Below, in pieces: positions 60,437 through 64,000 of a stretch of 64,000 nt of DNA. Source of the stretch: the human T2T-CHM13v2.0 reference genome, Homo sapiens. Where the stretch lies: assembly GCF_009914755.1 (NCBI RefSeq), contig NC_060928.1. One strand, written 5' to 3'. The position numbers were made by a program, and so were the translations under genes. How positions within the stretch are numbered: the stretch's first letter is position 1; each line of letters begins with the position of its first letter. The notes beneath the pieces were generated by a model, which was not told the origin of the DNA, made no database searches, and saw only the letters and a list, made by a program, of their open reading frames with translations.

Positions 60437-62029
60437 CAATTCCTCAATTTTTCCTTTCCCATTTGCTTGGTAAATTTTTCTTCATGTGTTTAGTTTGAGG
60501 CTATGTGTGACGTGGCATGTGAGACAGATCTCTTGAAGAGAGGACACCAATAGGTCTTGGTTCTTTATCCAGTCTGCCACTCTATGTCTTTTAATTGTGG
60601 CATTTAGCCCATTTACATTTAAAGTTAGTATTGGTATGTGTGGATTTGATCCTGTCATCATGATGCTAGCTGGTTATTTTGTAGACTTGTTTATGTGGTT
60701 AATTTATAGTGTCACTGGTTTGTGTAATTCAGTGTGTTTTGCAGTGGCTGGTAACACATTTTCCTTCCTATATTTAGTGCTTTCTTCAGGAACTCATGTA
60801 AGCCATGTCTGATAGTTACTAATTTCTTTAGCATTTGTTTATCTGAAAAAGACCTTCTTTCTCCTTTGCTTATGAAGCTTAGTTTGGCCAGATATAAAAT
60901 TCTGGGCTGGAATTTCTTTTCTTAGGAATGTTGACTACTGGCCCTCAATTTCTTCTGGCATGTACAGTTTCCACTGAGAATTCTGTTGTTAGTCTAATGG
61001 GCTTCCTTTCGTAGGTGACTTGGCCTTTCTCTCTGGCTGCCCTTAACATGTTTTCTTTCATTTCAACCTTGGAGAATCTGATGATTACATATCTTGGGTT
61101 TGATCTTCTCATGGAGTATCTTACTGGGGTTATCTGCATGTCCTGAATTTGAATGTTGGCTTATCTAGTTAGGTTGGAGAAGTTCTCGTGAATGATATCC
61201 TGAACTATGTTTTTCAAATTGGTTTCATTCTTTCCATCTCTTTCAGGTACACCAATCAATCATAGATTCAGTCTCTACATATTCCAATATTTTGTAAAGA
61301 TTTTTTTAATTCCTTTTCATTCTTTTTCCTCTATTCTTGACTCTCTGTCTTATCTAAGAAAGACAGTCTTCAAGCTCTCAGAGTCTTTCCTCTGCTTGGT
61401 CTATTCTGGTAGTAATACCTGTGATTGCATTATGAAATTCTTGTATTGTGTTTTTCAGCTCTGTCAGGTCAGTTATGCTCTTTTCTATCCTGGCTATTAT
61501 GGTTTTCATCTCCTGCAATGATTTATCATGATTTTCAGCTTCCTTGCATTGAGTTAGAATGTGCTTTTTTTTGCTCAGTGAAGATCTTTTTAATCTACAT
61601 TCTGAAGTCTACTTCTGTCATTTCAGCCATCTCAGTCTCAGCCCAGTTCCAAACCCCTGCTGGAGAGGTGATGTGGTCATTTGGAGGAGAGGGCACTCTG
61701 GCTATTTGAATTTTTAATATTTTTGTGCTAACTGTTTCTCATCTTTGTGGAATTATCTACCTTCATTCTTTGAGGTTGCTGACCTTTGGCTAAGGTTTTT
61801 GTTTTTGTGTTTTGTTTTGTTTCTTTTAACAGTTTGATCACTTTTCCTTAGGGTTGCAGGGGTTTTCTGGCTGTCTGCTCCAGTCCCTAGTCACCGTGGA
61901 TTTTTCAGGACCTGGAGGTATCATTAGCAAAACAGCAACATTGCAGCCTACCATATCTGCTGGAAGGTCCATTCCAGGCTTGAAACTCCTCTAGGGAAGT
62001 CTCATGCAGTCGGGAGGAATAGGATTGGA

Positions 62030-62720
62030 GACCTACTTAAAGAAGCTGTCTAGCTATGCTTTTGTAGAGCAGCTGTCCTGTGTTGGGGTACTGCTTCTGC
62101 CCCTGTTGGCTTGGGCTCTCCAAAGCCTGGAGGCTAGAATGACTAAGTTGCCAAAACAACAAAAATGGCAGCCTACCTCTTCCTCTAGGAGCTCTGTCCA
62201 AGGAAGTTTACAAACCTCTGTCAGCTAGAGAACATTGGCAGGCCCCAGGGGAAATCTCACCTGGTAAGTGGGATCCACTTAAGGGAGCAGTCTGTCCACA
62301 CTTTCATAGAGCAGCTGTGTCATGCTGGGTTACCACTTCTTCAGTCATCTTGGGCTCTCTAAAGCTCACAGGCTGGAACAATTGTCACCGAAACAGCAAA
62401 GATGATGGTGTACCCCTCCCATTGGGCACTCCATCCCAGGGAGAAATAAAAACTGTTGGCCAGACAATATGGAAAGGGGTGGCTGGAGGCGCTGGTTTGG
62501 AGGTCCCACTCAAAGATGAGGAATGGATCAGAATCCCACTTAAAGAAGCAGTCTGGTCACATTTTGGTAGAGCAGCTGTACTGTGCTGGGGGATCCTTTC
62601 TGTCCCTTGTCTATTTGGAATCTCTGAAGCCTGCAAGCTGGAATCTCTGAAGCCTGCAACCCTGCAAGTTGAGTAGTCCAAAGAGCAAAGATGGCAGCCC
62701 ACCCCTGTCCCATCCCAGGA
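62030..62720 (-). repeat. Three degenerate ~245-bp tandem units in the L1 5' UTR
   Basis: 'acttaa..gaagc.gtct...tagagcagctgt...aaagatggcagcc' recurs near 62035, 62277 and 62538. Confidence 0.8.
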
Positions 62721-63860
62721 AGGTGCAACACTGTTGCTGAGGGCTGGCTAGTATACCAAGCCAGTGGGTCTTATCCTGTGAACGCCACGGAAGTGGGGCC
62801 CTCAGGACAATGCTTCCCATCCCCCTGGGATGAGCCCTCTTCCCAGGGGTATGTACGGAGGTCCAACCTCCTACCTTGCCTGTGTTGCTCACCTTTGCCA
62901 GGAATACTGGAGCCTGTGCATATAAAGCTCTTGGATTTCTGTGCATTCCTGAGTGGCCACTCTGTCAAGACTTCACATAGCTCTGTGTGTCCGAGGGAAG
63001 GCCCTGGTGGAGTGGGTTCACGAGGAGATCTCCTGACCTAAGGGTTTTGAAGGTCCATGGGAGAAGCGTGGTCTCTCAGGGTTGCACATTCACTCACCGC
63101 TTCCCAGTGGGGGAGGTTCCCCTGGCTCTCTGTTGCTTCTGGGTGGGCTGTCACCCTGCCCTGCTTTTCTCCATTCTCCTTGGGTCATGCTGTTTCCCTG
63201 ATGGGTCCCAGTACAAGTACCTGCATCTTTCAGTTAAAGGTGCTGTATTTCCACACCCCTTTCATTTCTCTCCATGAGAGCCATGCAAGGTAGCTGCTTC
63301 TAGGCAGTCCTCTTGGCCCAACCACCACAGATAAATATTAACAAGTCATAAGATGAATTTTAGGAGCATAAACAGTGCAACAGAGACAAATAAATACTTG
63401 CAACTTATATAAACTTTAAAATAGTGAGATTTTTGGACGTAAGTCAGAAAGTTTATTTCCAGGAGAATAAAGGGAATAATAAACATTAAAAACATAGAGA
63501 AAGATTGGTATAGATGAATCTTTTACTCTACTTTAAAATTTCTGACAGTCTTACATTTGAGAGACTTACTTAAGGGTTTAACTTATCATTAGTCAAAATA
63601 TCAAGAATGATGCTATGAAGCAATGAATGAAATAAAACAGCAATACTTCTGTCAGTTCCTAAAATAGTAAAACTGAAAGAAAATAGTTAAAAGAAATTAA
63701 AAGAAATGTAGGTACACATGTATACGTGTGTTTGTGCGGTGCTGTTTGCAATATGAATGATAGAAGATCATCGTTTAATGAACACAATGAAGTCTTTCTG
63801 AGTAAATAAAATAAATGCACATGCGCATTAGTCAAAATTCCGTTTGTGATGGTTAATTTG

Positions 63861-63892
<32 letters not shown>

Positions 63893-64000
63893 GGGTCTCA
63901 CTCTGTCGCCCAGACTGGAGTGCAGTGGCACGATCTTAGCTCACCGCAACCTCTGCCTTCCAGGCTCAAGCGATTCTCCTGCCTCAGCCTCCTAAGTATC
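63861..64000 (-). mobile_element. AluJ-like element, cut by window end
   Basis: T tract then 'acagggtctcactctgtcgcccag...ggctcaagcgattctcc'. Confidence 0.85.

Larger units (their letters stand above)
54264..63322 (-). mobile_element. Full-length L1PA13-like LINE-1 (decayed), interrupted by THE1D provirus
   Basis: 3' UTR 'aaacttgtgtcatgggggtttgttgtacagatt'; ORF2 fragments to ATG at 60658; ORF1 fragment 60945-61139 (IIRFSKVEMKENMLRAAREKGQVTY); 5' terminus sense 'gggccaagaggactgcctagaagcagc'; weak TSD cagataa at 54257 and 63328. Confidence 0.9.

Noticed and set aside
62004-63293. Dense cluster of ORFs up to 119 aa
   Set aside because: GC-richer L1 5' UTR with few stop codons; not recognisably ORF0 or a host gene

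Overview
AT-rich, CpG-poor primate DNA, human or great ape judging by the AluY and L1PA2-4 diagnostics. It looks intergenic or deep-intronic. No host protein-coding gene is recognisable: every long ORF is LINE-1 ORF1/ORF2, mariner transposase debris, or Alu/LTR noise. Roughly half the window is transposon-derived. It contains a twin-primed (5'-inverted) L1PA2/3 with a 17-bp TSD, a truncated L1PA3/4 nested in an MST LTR inside an L2, and a full-length L1PA13-like element carrying a complete THE1D provirus. It also contains a near full-length Hsmar1 mariner, four AluY, a FLAM, an AluJ-like copy, several solo LTRs, and old L1/L2/MIR/DNA-transposon fragments. Subfamily names come from recalled consensus features, not a database search. 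The most interesting unexplained signals are: (i) two unrelated, near-perfect ~83-nt hairpins in unique DNA (36045-36127 and 37867-37948) just downstream of an inverted AluY pair; (ii) a duplicated Hsmar1 5' end enclosing an L1 fragment that appears copied from the neighbouring L1; (iii) a few well-formed candidate exons. I cannot demonstrate a new biological system from sequence alone; the hairpin pair is the best candidate.
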